Positions 13,470 to 26,683 of a stretch of 64,000 bases of DNA are shown one piece after another. Origin of the DNA: Octopus vulgaris (taxonomy: Eukaryota). Position numbers and translations under genes: made by a program. The stretch covers positions 1,426,001 to 1,490,000 of the forward strand of contig OX597829.1 in the NCBI GenBank assembly GCA_951406725.2. The letters are read 5' to 3'. Positions within the stretch are counted from its first letter, which is position 1. The number at the start of each line of letters is the position of its first letter. The notes under the pieces were generated by a model. That model saw only the letters and a program-made list of their open reading frames with translations. It was not told the origin of the DNA and did not search any database.

Positions 13470-14203
13470 CGCATTTATACACATACACATACACACATAC
13501 ACACATAGACATACACACACACACGCACACACACAGACCGATTTGAAGATATGAACATTAACTGTGATGATTAGTGGTCCATCAAAAACAGCCCTGCAGG
13601 CTTTTATCTGCCTGCCAGGCAAGCACTTGAGTACTTTCGCAATTTAACTGTCAACTCAAATAAGTCAAGTGGGTTAATAATTGTCCAACCACAATTAAGG
13701 TCAGACTTTTCCCCACGAAAAGATGTTAATCCAATCCCTTAAAGTAACTTTGAATTAATCTTGTCAATAAGAATGAGGAGATTTATAAAGGAAAATCTCT
13801 CATATTGCTAAAAAGGTATTAAAAAAATAAAAATTTGGGATATATTTTTAGTTAAGTAAAATATATTTTCGTCTGACCATGTCTCCGTCTCCAGACTAAA
13901 GCACGTATGCAGACTCATTGACACACGTGCACCGATACGCCACACCACGCAAACCCGCTTGCGTGTGCTTGTACACACACATACACACACACACACACAT
14001 AAACACGCACACAAACACCTACCTATAGAGAGAGATAAATAGATAGAGAGATAGGTATACACTCACACCTACCCGCATACATATTCATGCGTATAAACAC
14101 ACACATAAGTTTGAGTGTGTAAGTGTGTGCTTATATATGCTTACACACACATGTATGTTTACATATATACACATACATATATACAGGTACATATATGTAT
14201 ATA

Positions 14204-14442
<239 letters not shown>

Positions 14443-15153
14443 TGTATGTATGTATGTATGTATGTATATGTATATGTTTCTCCTCACCCCGAGCGGATAA
14501 ATCTTTCGCCTTTTACTATATATGTATGTATATATATATATATATATATACATACTTTTATGTATGTTTATACATTTGTATATCTGTGCGTGCGTCTCTG
14601 TATGATTGGATATGCGTCAGTGTTTCAATGTATAAATTGTACTGACTCGTTGGGTGAGATGTGTCTTATAACTTGTGGCACACCTGCAAAAGCAAAGCTA
14701 GCTATTTACTTCTTCAACAAAAGTTTCACTGTTTCTCTATTATTAACGTTACATGTTTGACAGAAAACGTGGAATAATATCCGAATAAAGAATTAATTTC
14801 AGAATCACCAACGAAGTTGTTGTAATATTGTCTTTAACAAAACATAGTCGATGGAAGACAGCACAGGTTCAATATGTACCACCGTGATAGCAGGTGGCAA
14901 ATAAATAGACAGAATAAAGGATATGAATACTGGTTAACGACCAATGTACAATCGCAAATACAGTGGTTGATATGGGATTTCTTTTGAAGACCGCTGGAAT
15001 AATGTTTCTTAGTAGGTTGCAAAGCTCGGAAAGCAGGGAATCTTTCCCTTTCGAGCCGCTACTTTTTCGCAATGAGAAGTCAAAGCTCCAGTACTCCGGA
15101 CAAGTGATTAGAATTACGGATTGTTTCTATTATCAGCTCGCAGCTGATAACCG

Positions 15154-15215
15154 TCCAGTTCCTGTAACTGAAGAGGAGGTAACCGCTCCGAAATGCTTGT
15201 ATCTCACAGTCTGGA
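15154..15215 (+). ncRNA. Type I hammerhead ribozyme motif
   Basis: tccagttcctgtaa-CTGAAGA-ggag(gtaaccg)ctcc-GAAA-tgc(tt)gta-TC-tcacagtctgga; intact core, three helices pairable by eye, predicted cleavage after C15203. Confidence 0.7.
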
Positions 15216-15819
15216 TAGGTGGGACTGGGAGCTGATTTGGGTGTATTAACACCATATGTCATCTTCATCGCTGTCATCATCATCATCGCCGTGGTCGTCG
15301 TCGCCGCTATTGTCCTCGCCGTCGCTTCAGATATTTCAGAGAAACAAAGTGAAACGTCAATCAGTTGAACTTAAACAAATCGAGGAGAGAAATCTTTATA
15401 AATTTGAAGTATAAGTTTTATAACAACAACAGAAAGAACATTGTAAACATTAAATTCGAATCATAAAAGTTACCAATAAATGAAGTAAATAAACGCATAA
15501 ATATTCCCTTCCATTCATCTATCCATTCTCACGTATATCCTTTCATCTTCACCATCTGAAAGTCTCTTCCTTGACGACTTCATCCAATATAAGTCAATGC
15601 AAATTTTCGTGTAGACATTTTTATCCGATGTGACGGGCGCCTGCCTGCTAAACCGGCCTGATACGAGCTTGTGTTGCTGATGAAGTGACTCGGTAATTAG
15701 GTCAAAAGCTTAGCAGTTATTATTTCCTTTCATTCAATATAGTCTACTTTAAAACCCTCTCTCTTACACGCAAACACATACCACATACAGTCACATGAAT
15801 GCATACGTTTGTACATGCA

Positions 15820-15859
<40 letters not shown>

Positions 15860-15973
15860 CACAGTCCTATATTTAAGAGATGAGGAATTATATACATTAT
15901 TTACATTATTTGCATTATTAACATTTCACGGATATTTGTCCTCGTCTTTGTTGTGTACAACTTTTTCAAAAGT

Positions 15974-16135
15974 TAGGAGCGGCTGTGTGGTAAGCAGGCT
16001 ACTTACCAACCACATGGTTCCGGGTTCAGTCCCACTGTGTGACACGTTGGGCAAGTGTCTTCTACTATAGCCTAAGGCCGACCAAAGCCTTGTGAGTGGA
16101 ATTGGTAGACAGAAACTGAAAGAAGCCCATCGTAT
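15974..16135 (+). mobile_element. SINE family B, 5' half
   Basis: Head and body match other copies, ending in (TA)n. Confidence 0.85.
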
Positions 16136-16168
16136 ATATGTATATGTATGTGTGTATATGTATATATA

Positions 16169-16235
<67 letters not shown>

Positions 16236-16288
16236 TATGTATGTATGTAAATATATATATATATATGTGTATATATATATATATATAT

Positions 16289-16345
<57 letters not shown>

Positions 16346-16676
16346 GATTTTGTGGTCGATAAAATAAAATACCTGTCATCACAAACACTTTCCTCACAAT
16401 AACTGAAACACAAATGTTAAAACAATTTCAAGAATGACTAATTAATAATATTGACGTTGACAATAACGATGAAGATTATTCTCCGTTGCTGCCCTCAATA
16501 TTTTGCAAAATTCCGCTTAAAATGCCGAGGCGAAAACTGCAAGCATGGAGGTTGCAGTAAAAATGAGAAACAGTTTTGAAAAAGCAAATGGCCTGACGCT
16601 GCTCATACGTTGCTTTTCTATTCTATAATTTTTGTAATTTTTATTCATTTTCCTCTCTTTTTTTCCCTCTCCTTTT

Positions 16677-16681
16677 TCGCT

Positions 16682-16760
<79 letters not shown>

Positions 16761-16806
16761 TCATCCTTCCATTCTTTCTTTCTTTTTTCTTTCTTTCCTT
16801 CCTTCC

Positions 16807-16837
<31 letters not shown>

Positions 16838-16889
16838 TTCCTTCCTTCCTTCCTTTCTTTCTTTCTTTCTTTCTTTCTTCCTTCCTTCC

Positions 16890-16920
<31 letters not shown>

Positions 16921-16928
16921 TTCCTTCC

Positions 16929-16959
<31 letters not shown>

Positions 16960-16970
16960 TTCCTTCCTTC

Positions 16971-17003
<33 letters not shown>

Positions 17004-17044
17004 TTCCTTCCTTCCTTCCTTCCTTCCTTCCTTCCTTCCTTCCT

Positions 17045-17108
<64 letters not shown>

Positions 17109-17110
17109 TC
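16677..17110. repeat. Polypyrimidine (TTTC)/(TTCC) microsatellite
   Basis: Direct reading. Confidence 0.95.
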
Positions 17111-17570
17111 GTAATTTTCTTCCGTTCCTTTTTATGTCTGTGTTTACTTATTTCTTTACCTTTTTCTCCTCTATAGTTTTGGCACGACTCAAATTTTCAG
17201 TTTCATTTTTTCCCTCTTCGATGTTTTAATGCCCCCACTTTTCTATTATTGCACTTCTGCTACACGAGATGGTCTGACGACTTTGCATTAACGATCTGTT
17301 GAAGGGACGGAAAAACAAAGAAAAATTCCTTAAAAGGTTTTGAGCCATGAGACGAGTAACCAGGAGACCAGAATGGTTAAACGATTTCGTCGCATCCTAC
17401 TAGGTTTCGTCCTCTTGCTACCCTCTTGCTACCCACCTCTTCCATCACTTTCTAGGGGAGTTAACTAGTATCCCCCTATCTTTTCCCAACCCCTGCCATC
17501 GTCAGATTCGGCTGGTATTAGTCCTGGTCATCCCTCTATTCACCCCACAATTCCCGTAATAGCCAGCCTA

Positions 17571-17912
17571 CCTATTTCTTTACTACCCACAAGGGGCTAA
17601 ACACAGAGAGGACAAACAAGGACAGACAAACGGATTAAGTCGATTATATCGACCCCAGTGCGTAACTGGTACTTAATTTATCGACCCCGAAAGGATGAAA
17701 GGCAAAGTCGACTTCGGCGGAATTTGAACTCAGAACGTAACGGCAGACGAAATACCTATTTCTTTACTACCCACAAGGGGCAAAACACAGAGAAGACAAA
17801 CGGATTAAGTCGATTAAAGGCAAAGTCGACCTCGGCGGAATTTGAACTCAAAACGTAGCGGCAGACGAAATACCGCTAGGCATTTCACCCGGTGTGCTAA
17901 GGTTTCTGCCGG
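17571..17912 (-). mobile_element. SINE family A, head-to-tail dimer (one unit internally deleted)
   Basis: Junction cagacgaaatacctatttctttac at ~17745-17768. Confidence 0.85.
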
Positions 17913-18095
17913 CTGCCAGCCTGCCACCATCGCTCCCAGCCGAACTCCACCACCTTTATAAACGCTCTTCAGCCGACTCCCCTCCCTAACTCCATCGCTA
18001 ACCTCCCCTCCGCCTTCCCCTTTTCACCCCACCACTCCCGTTACAGCTAGCCTGCCTGTATCGCGTCCTGCACCCGATTCCCACCTACAGAGTTA

Positions 18096-19850
18096 ATGTT
18101 GTTCACCCAGCGCCATTCTTCCCCCAACACCATCCCTCCTCATCTGAATTCCAATTCTAATGCCGACCCCACTGATACTGCCAGTTCACCGCCAAGCTGT
18201 GTTCTTTGCACCCGTAGAAGTCGCTATCTAAAGACCATCAAATGCCACTTGTGTAGTCTGAGTTACCACAGGAACTGCGTAGGCATTATTAAGGTTCAAG
18301 CTGGAAGTTTTTCTAACTGGACATGCAACCGATGTCACATCAGCTCTGACATCCTTAGTAGAACAATTCCTTGCTCTGAAATCCAGATCCCTATTGAAGA
18401 TTTTGTCACCGCCTTCCAGGGTTTGTCCAAACTGAAGCTCGTCAATCAGATCCTTAAGGGTGCTCGACTTGTTTCGCTCGTGTTCTCACAAATCTGCTGA
18501 AGAACGTCTGCCTATCCAAAAACACCTCGAACTGGCAGAAACTGCCCCTGTTTCCTTTGGTCTCCCTCTACATGACGAATGGAAATAGTGAGTCCCTCAC
18601 TTCTGAAACGGCAGTTCGACTTGTTCGAATCTACCCCAGCCACTGTTTACCTCCGGTCGGTCATCAGCTCGACTCTGAACAATAGTCGACCACCTAACCT
18701 AAAGAAAGCTGTTAATGCCAAACTCAGCGAATTTGGCATTAAAGGGGTTGTTCACCTTCTTTCCTCTCTGTCCTTCCTCGTTCCGTATGCCACAAATTGC
18801 CGCAACCAACTGAAGAAGAAACATCCTCTGTCCCCTCCAGACGATAACCTATAATGGCTTGACCCACCAGTTTTTCTACAACCCAGCTTCACCCCTGACA
18901 ATTACCTCTTTTTCAGCAGGTCCTGGCACTGGGAACGATGTCTTACGACCTCAGCATCTCGAGGATGGAATCTCCCTGTCAGCTGGTGATGCCGGGCTCG
19001 AACTCTTGGAGAACTTAGCACAGTTCATAAACTTATTCTCGTCCGAGAGTGTCCTTGCCTACATTCGTCTCCTGTTCTTTGGAGCCAAACTATTTGGTCT
19101 CACCAATGCCAACGGTAACCTCCGTTCCATAGCAGTTTGTTGTACTCTGCGACGACGCACAACAAAAGAGTGCTTGCCCTCAGTTTCTAACTGCCTGAAC
19201 GAGGAATATCTATTAATTAATATCCGTTGTGAGGCTACTGCTCATGCGACCAGGGCTTTCACCAATTTACCCTCTGGGTCCCCAAAGGTCATCCTCAAAC
19301 TTGACCTGAAGAAGGCATCCTCCGCGCTGTCAGGGAGAATTCCCCTGCACTTTATCACTTTGCTTGGCAAGCCTATCGGGAGACCTCCAACCTCTCGTTT
19401 GGTGACCACCTCTTCCCATCTGCCGCTAGAGTCCATCAGGTCTATCCACTTGGTCCAGCTCTATTCGCATTGGCTACTGATGATAATACCAAAATGGGAG
19501 CCGACCTAGGCCTACATGTGTGGTATTTCAATGATGCATGTTTGGGATGCCCTCCTGACAAGGTGTTTGCAACTGCGAGGACAATGATCAAGAAACTTGG
19601 TCGCAGAGGTCTTAGCATTAACAGTTCCAAATGCAAGCCCTGGCTCCTCAACCACCTAGCTTCGCATGAGAAAACTACTTAACTATTTGTTGACTCCCTC
19701 CTCTCAACTACGATTCTTCCTTCATCAACGTGGTTCTCCCTAGGAGCCCCAATTACTGAGTTAGCTTTCGAGTCCATCTTTAGATCTAGAATGGATAAGC
19801 TCGAACAACTTTTAAAAAACCTTGACCTAATTGAGACCCACCAAAGTGTG
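18096..19850 (+). mobile_element. Decayed CRE-like non-LTR retrotransposon with an N-terminal PHD finger and an RT domain
   Basis: CVLC...CHLCSLSYHRNC...WTCNRC (C4HC3), then fragments GNDVLRPQHL, LFFGAKLFGL..NGNLRSIAVCCTLRR, CEATAHATR, ILKLDLK, WYFND and LGAPI resembling CRE-clade RT; stops and frameshifts. Confidence 0.75.
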
Positions 19851-19935
19851 TAAATTTGTTAGCACATAACCTACTACACGTATGATAGATGCAAATGAGA
19901 ATTCAAGCATGTATGTATGTATGTATGTATGTATG

Positions 19936-20029
<94 letters not shown>

Positions 20030-20369
20030 AATTGAGATAGGGGTTGTAAATGCAACCCTCCATGGGATAACATATATCCAATATTGGTAAAATGAGACAT
20101 ACTTATCTACATGGCCGAAACAGCTGTAAGATGTAATCTATACTTATATTTATATTTACTTATATTTATATCCTCTTTTATATATATTCTACTTATTATA
20201 CAACATTACTCTTTTATGTACACTTTTTTATGTACATTCCTTTATGTACACAGATTTGTTCTGCTTTTTAACCCTACAGTCTCTTATGTGGTGGTTTAAT
20301 AAAGTATGTGAATGAGTATTATCTGGTAATTTATATTTGATTTAGATGTATTTCTCCATTTTCTTATCT

Positions 20370-20456
<87 letters not shown>

Positions 20457-20458
<2 letters not shown>

Positions 20459-20945
20459 TAGAGAAAACTCACCTTTTATCAATTCAATAATGAAAAATTA
20501 AATTATACCATAAATAATAAATAAATAATAAATAAACCAATAGCTTAGGAATTGTTATGTAATTTTTAAAACCTTGGTGAGGCTCAATTACGTCAAGGTT
20601 TTTAAAAAGTTGTTCGAGGTTATCCATTATTTATTTATTATTGACGTATTTAATTTATTAATTTATCTAATTAATTATTTTATTATTGTTGTTATCTTTG
20701 ACCTGAAGAGTGGCTGTATTTATATTGAAGTGATTATTTTTACTATTATCATTTCTTAAATATAGCCACGAAACACGTGTCGTTATTCTACGAAATATAT
20801 ACGTTGTATTTATTATTTTGCACATTACATAATCATTGTTATATGTTTTAATTTATATTCAATGTTTCTATAATATGTAATTTTTCTAAATGGTATAAGA
20901 AAATTTTTCAATATTGAATTGATAAGAGGAGTATTTTCTTCTAAT
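20457..20945 (+). mobile_element. Non-coding element with ~55-bp diverged inverted termini, adjacent to (TA)n, carrying a hammerhead (Penelope-like derivative)
   Basis: Arms 20457-20511 and 20890-20945 are reverse-complement similar; hammerhead inside. Confidence 0.6.
20698..20786 (+). ncRNA. Type I hammerhead ribozyme motif with long stem II and palindromic stem III
   Basis: tgac-CTGAAGA-gtggctgtattta...taaatatagccac-GAAAC-acgt-GTC-gtta; 13-bp stem II; predicted cleavage after C20781. Confidence 0.8.
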
Positions 20946-21105
20946 CTCTCTCTATAGATATATAAAAGATGAAATTTCTTGAAAATGGATGCATGGCGTT
21001 CAAACAAATAATATAAATAAAATATATAATATATATGCATATAAATATATATATAGCATATACATGTATATATGCATATATATATATGTGCATATGTATA
21101 TAAGC

Positions 21106-21151
<46 letters not shown>

Positions 21152-21308
21152 TATATATATATAGGCACACACACAGACACAGACACACACATACAAACAC
21201 TTATATATATGTGCATATGTATATAAGCATATATATATATATACATATATATCATATATATATATTATATTATATATATATATATACATATATATCATAT
21301 ATATATAT

Positions 21309-21353
<45 letters not shown>

Positions 21354-21363
21354 CACACACAAA

Positions 21364-21400
<37 letters not shown>

Positions 21401-21938
21401 TTATACAGAATGAGCAAAATGTTTTTCTCTATTATTTATCTATCCATAAACATTCCACTATCCATATATTATTACTTCATTGAAATACTAAATTACTTCG
21501 TCTCTCCGCCCCGACCCGCCCCCACCCGCCCCCACCCGCCCCCACCCGCATCACCTTCTACTACAATCTTTCCTGTCTCTCTCTCTATATATATATATTT
21601 ACCGTTTTCTTTTCTTCATTTCCTCTCAGTCCACTACGCACCCCCCCCCCCCACACACACGTACACCATTTTAAGGAATTTCTCCTTTTCCGTTGGCCGG
21701 TGTCTTTTATCACTTATTACATTTCTTATTTGTTTTATGCATAAAACAATTTCTATAGAGGAACCTGCGAGAAACGATTGTTAAAGTGTTAACCAAAGAA
21801 TCCTGAACAGGACGTTAAACGGAAAATTTATTTATTGTTTCAAAAGTGGGAAGGTAAACATAAGAATGGATAGGGATGAAGATCGGCACTATTGTTGTTG
21901 TTGTTGTTGATGAAGTAGTTGTCGTCGTCGTCGTCGTC

Positions 21939-21997
<59 letters not shown>

Positions 21998-22150
21998 CGT
22001 CTTCTTCTTCGTCATTTTCTTCTTCTTCATCTTCTTTTTCTTCTTCTTCTCACCTGCTCTTCCTTCACCTCCTGCTCAGTCTTCTCTGTCTTCTTCTTCT
22101 TCTTCTGCATATTATCGTCGTCGTCTTCGTCGTTGTTGTTGTTATTATTA

Positions 22151-22725
22151 AGGCGGCGAGCTGGCAGTATCGTTAGCACGCTGGGCGAAATGCGTAACCG
22201 TATTTCGTCTGCCGCTACGTTCCGAGTTCAAATTCCGCCGAGGACGACTTTGCCTTTTATCCTTTCGGGGTCGATTAAATAAGTACCAGTTACGCACTGG
22301 GGTCTATGTAATCGACTTAATCCACTTGTCTGTCCTTGTTTGTCCCCTCTGTGTTTAGCCCCTTGTGGGCAGTAAAGAAATAGGTATTTCGTCTGCCGCT
22401 AATTCCACCGAGGTCTACTTTGCCTTTCATTTTTGGGGTCGATAAAGTAAGCGCCAGTGAAACACTGGGGTCAATGTAATCGTCTAGTCCCCTCCCCACA
22501 AATTTCAGGCCATGAGCCTTTAGTAGAAAAGGTTATTTATTATTAAGGCAGCGAGCTGGCAGAATCGTTAGCACACCGGGCAAAATTCTTAGCCGCGTTA
22601 CATCCATCTTTACGTTCTGAGTTCAGATTCTGCCGAGGTGGACTTTGCCTTTCATCCCTTTCAGGATCGATGAAATAAGTGCCAGTTGGGTGCTAGGGTC
22701 ACGTAATCGACTTACCCCCTCCCGA
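22151..22725 (+). mobile_element. Cluster of family A SINEs: full unit, fused partial unit and an older subfamily copy
   Basis: Heads at 22151 and ~22546; tail-to-body junction aaagaaataggtatttcgtctgcc at ~22374-22397. Confidence 0.85.
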
Positions 22726-22841
22726 AATGCTGTGACATTCAGCACATCCGAGATAAATTGGATTTCTTATTGATATGTATGTATGTAAGTTTCTCTCTCT
22801 TTCTCTCTCTCTCTCTCTTTCTCTCTCTATCTATCTATCTT

Positions 22842-22922
<81 letters not shown>

Positions 22923-23115
22923 GGGATGGGCACGACTGGAGCATCTTTAGTTAGATATAATGGAGCAATGCTGAACCGGGATTAATGAACAAAACTTCGT
23001 GCCTAACACCATGGAATGTTATAATACTGTTGTTTATGTGTGTGTGTGTGTGTGAATGTATGTAAAAAAAAATATATTTATATACGCATTCAATCGTGCA
23101 AATGTTTTTGCACAG

Positions 23116-23152
<37 letters not shown>

Positions 23153-23153
<1 letters not shown>

Positions 23154-23203
23154 CAAAACTGTCCGACGAACGGGAACGGGAAACTCCGAGTAACAGCTTT
23201 TGT
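23153..23203 (+). ncRNA. Degenerate minimal hammerhead motif in a ~150-bp element between (TA)n tracts
   Basis: acaaaactgt-CCGACGA-acg(ggaa)cgg-GAAAC-tccga-GTA-acagcttttgt; one core substitution. Confidence 0.6.
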
Positions 23204-23967
23204 TATATTTCTCCTGCTTTTAAATAAAGCATATTAATTTACCTCTGGTATTTTAGTACTCTTTTTTCCACCTTGTTTCACATCTATGTGCTTACTTCGG
23301 TGTATATATATATATTGATCTAACCATCATGGAACAGAACACTGCGTATATATATACTAACACAAATATAATTATATGTATATGCATGTGTATATAATAA
23401 ATACTCACAGGAATACGTATGCATGTGTGTGTGTTTGCATATATAACTAATCTGTGAGAGATAATCCTACCAATTTGTATTAGAGTCGTGATGAACGTGA
23501 AAGCATCAATCATAGGAATTTGAACCGTTCTTAATATGATGTTTAATGATTATGTGTGTGTGTGTGTGTGTGTGTGCGTGTGTGTAAGGGTGTGTGTGTA
23601 TCTATATGTTTATATATATTTGTATGTGTTTATGTGTATACACACACATATGTAGGTGATCGATTTGTTAATAAATTACGTAATTGATCTACAAAACATG
23701 TTTATGAATAAAAACTCGAAAAGCTGAAGGACAGAAACGAAGAATCATTAATAAGTGACACGATAAGTTTTATTTCAGAGATAAATCTGCTCTTTAACTC
23801 GTAAGTCATCAAATTAGTTCTGTAAAAATTATGTTTTATGAAAAAATAATAGTCTTTTTCAGACACGAAAAATAAAAAGTAATTCGCAAAGTAGTATTTG
23901 TCTGCAGCTTTTCGCATTGGAACACACACATATATATATATCCTTTTTTTAATTAAAGTTTCAGCTG

Positions 23968-24131
23968 ATGCGCCGCGGTTTTTAGTCAGCAGAAGTTCGC
24001 CATTACCTTCTGCCGGGGCCGCGTGGAGCTTGGGTGTTTCGCTCATAAACACACGCAATGCCAGGTCTGAGACTCGAACCCGCGATCCCTCGACCGCAAG
24101 TCCGCTGCTCTAACCACTAGGCCATGTGCCT
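23968..24131 (-). mobile_element. SINE family C, 5' part
   Basis: Reverse complement tggcctagtggttagagcagcggac...gggttcgagtc (A and B boxes); related to the 43232 copy. Confidence 0.8.
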
Positions 24132-24647
24132 ATTCATGCATAAATTGTTGTAACAACTCAATTTTGTGTAACGGCATCGCTTGATCGCTCTCTTAACCAT
24201 GAGCAGCGCGGATGTGTTCTTGTGACTTTTCAGTATTGCTAGAGGCTTACATTTTTTTGGGAAGGAATGGCAATGATGAGCGCCTCATGCAATTGGCGTT
24301 GCAGTATTGTTCCGGTGAATCTTCATATGGATGTTTCTGTTCACCTCCTCCTGCACACTATTTTCTACACTTTTTGTATATAGAGATGCCGTAAAATGCA
24401 TAGTTAATAACTTCCCTTTATGTGTGTGGCATCTCTGGTGACTTCTTAGACTTGTCTTAATTAGACAGAGAAACCCACATTCGGTACATGCATGCATATA
24501 GCTTTCAAAATAAATTCTTGATTTAGTGAAATCAAGAAAATAATAACAACGATAACAAATTCTTCTTTGAAGTTTGTGGAAATACAAATGAAAATTGAGA
24601 AGAAATGGCTTCGAAAATATTGCTATGAATGAAAACATTTTGAAATA

Positions 24648-25537
24648 TAGTTATCACTCGCCATATTGCGGTTCACCTATCCCGCCTTCAGTAAATCTCG
24701 AATTTCTCTAGTTAATATATGTAAATTTATATTGCGGACTCCTCAGTATATCGTGGTTTTTGCGGCCGATTGGTATTTATATTGTTTTTAGCTTTTAACT
24801 ATTTCTATGGTAAAATAAGTATTTTCACGCATAAAAATTAATAAATGAAAATAGAGTATGATACTGCATTGTATAAGACATAAATATATTAAAAGAAAAT
24901 ACTTAATGTACCGTAGATGAGTAAACAAAGAATGGCACATTTTGTATGGAAAACGAACCTCGGGAGGCGAGTGTGTGGTGTTGTCTTGCATTTATAATAA
25001 AATAAATATATACAAATTATAAAAATAAGAAAAAATATATACGTAGCCTGCTTAGCAACCACATGGTTCCGGGTTCAGTCCCACTGCGTGACACCTTAGG
25101 CAAGTGTCTTCTACTATAGCCTCGGGCCGACCAAAGCCTTGTCAGTGGATTTAGTAGATGGAAACTGAAAGAAGCCCGTCGTATATATGTATATATATAT
25201 ATATATATATGCATGTGTGTACATATGTTTGTGTGTCTGTGTTGTGTCTGTGTTTGTCCCCCCAACATCGCTTGACAACCGATACTGGTGTGTTTACATC
25301 CCCGTAACTTAGCGGTTCGGCCAAAGAGATCGATACAATAAGTACTAGGCTTCCCAAGAATAAGTCTTGGGGTCGATTTGCTCGATTAAAGGCGGTGCTC
25401 CAGCATTGCCGCATCAAATGACTGAAACAAGTAAAAGAGTAAAGACAGAGTAATACAATACTGTTTCTGCTTCGCGGATTTTCACCTATCGCGGGGGATG
25501 TTGGGACGTAACACCCGCGATAGTCGAGGGACTACTG
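24648..25537. mobile_element. Tigger/pogo-like non-autonomous element interrupted by a SINE
   Basis: TA-flanked imperfect TIRs tagttatcactcgccatattgcgg / ccgcgatagtcgagggactactg. Confidence 0.6.
25046..25452 (+). mobile_element. SINE family B
   Basis: Body, central microsatellite and tail match other copies. Confidence 0.88.
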
Positions 25538-26144
25538 TACAATGAATTGTACAAACGTAGGAAAAGAATAATTTCAAAGTATAATGAATTTATACGGTTC
25601 ATATGAAGAGGTTTGAAATTTGTTATTATTAATCGTAAAATTCCCTACCTTACGAGAGACAGGCAACGGCCTTTAATTATGTGTGTGAGTGTAAAATTTT
25701 ATAATTTTAAGATTGATAGAATCAATTATTATTACCTCGATTAATAATTTTATAAAACTATTAATCGAGGTAGATTTAACAATCTCAGTAGACTTGGCAT
25801 TATTTTTTATGTGACTTAAAGTACAGATACGAAGAATTTTAGTTCAATCGTTACCAAAATCCCTTAAAGGATTATTTTACTTGAATAATCATTTCAATCA
25901 CCCACAAAATTTTCTTTGAAGGTTTTTTTTCTTTTCTTTCTTTCCTTTTCAGTCATAATTATACGCTGCTGAGGTTTCGTACCGGTTTCGAATCACATCT
26001 CATTACTGCAATGATGTGCACCACTATTCCGTTGCGATATTTTTCAGGTAAAATCTATCATGTATTCATTTCAGATGATTCCAGGCGTAACCATAGACCT
26101 AGAAAAAAGTTATCATTTAATACAGTTTAAGCTTAAATTAATAA

Positions 26145-26333
26145 CCCTTTATATAATGTGCAAAAGGCCTAAAATTCTGGAGAGGAAGGAAATTGACTGA
26201 AACTTATTTCAACGACCTCGAAAGGATGAAAGACAAAGTCAACCACGATGCAATTTGAACTTAAAACGTAAAGACGGACGAAAAATTGCTAAGCATTTTA
26301 TCCGGTGTGCTAACGATTCTGCCAACCTGCTAT
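26145..26333 (-). mobile_element. Old family A-related SINE
   Basis: 19-bp TSD tttaagcttaaattaataa at 26126-26144 and 26334-26352; diverged core. Confidence 0.75.
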
Positions 26334-26480
26334 TTTAAGCTTAAATTAATAATAAAATGACGTAATGCCTATGTTGTCTCTTTATGTTTTCTCTTGATTT
26401 TGCTACGGGACACCGATATAAAACTTCTAGATGCTGCACAGTTACACTTCTACCATAGTACTGCAATCCCACTCTATCTA

Positions 26481-26527
<47 letters not shown>

Positions 26528-26534
26528 GTCTGTG

Positions 26535-26579
<45 letters not shown>

Positions 26580-26608
26580 GTCTGTCTGTCTATCTGTCTG
26601 TCTGTCTA

Positions 26609-26683
<75 letters not shown>

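Noticed and set aside
15670-15716. CTGATGA followed by a tgac/gtca stem
   Set aside because: No GAAA in register and no stem I, so not called a hammerhead
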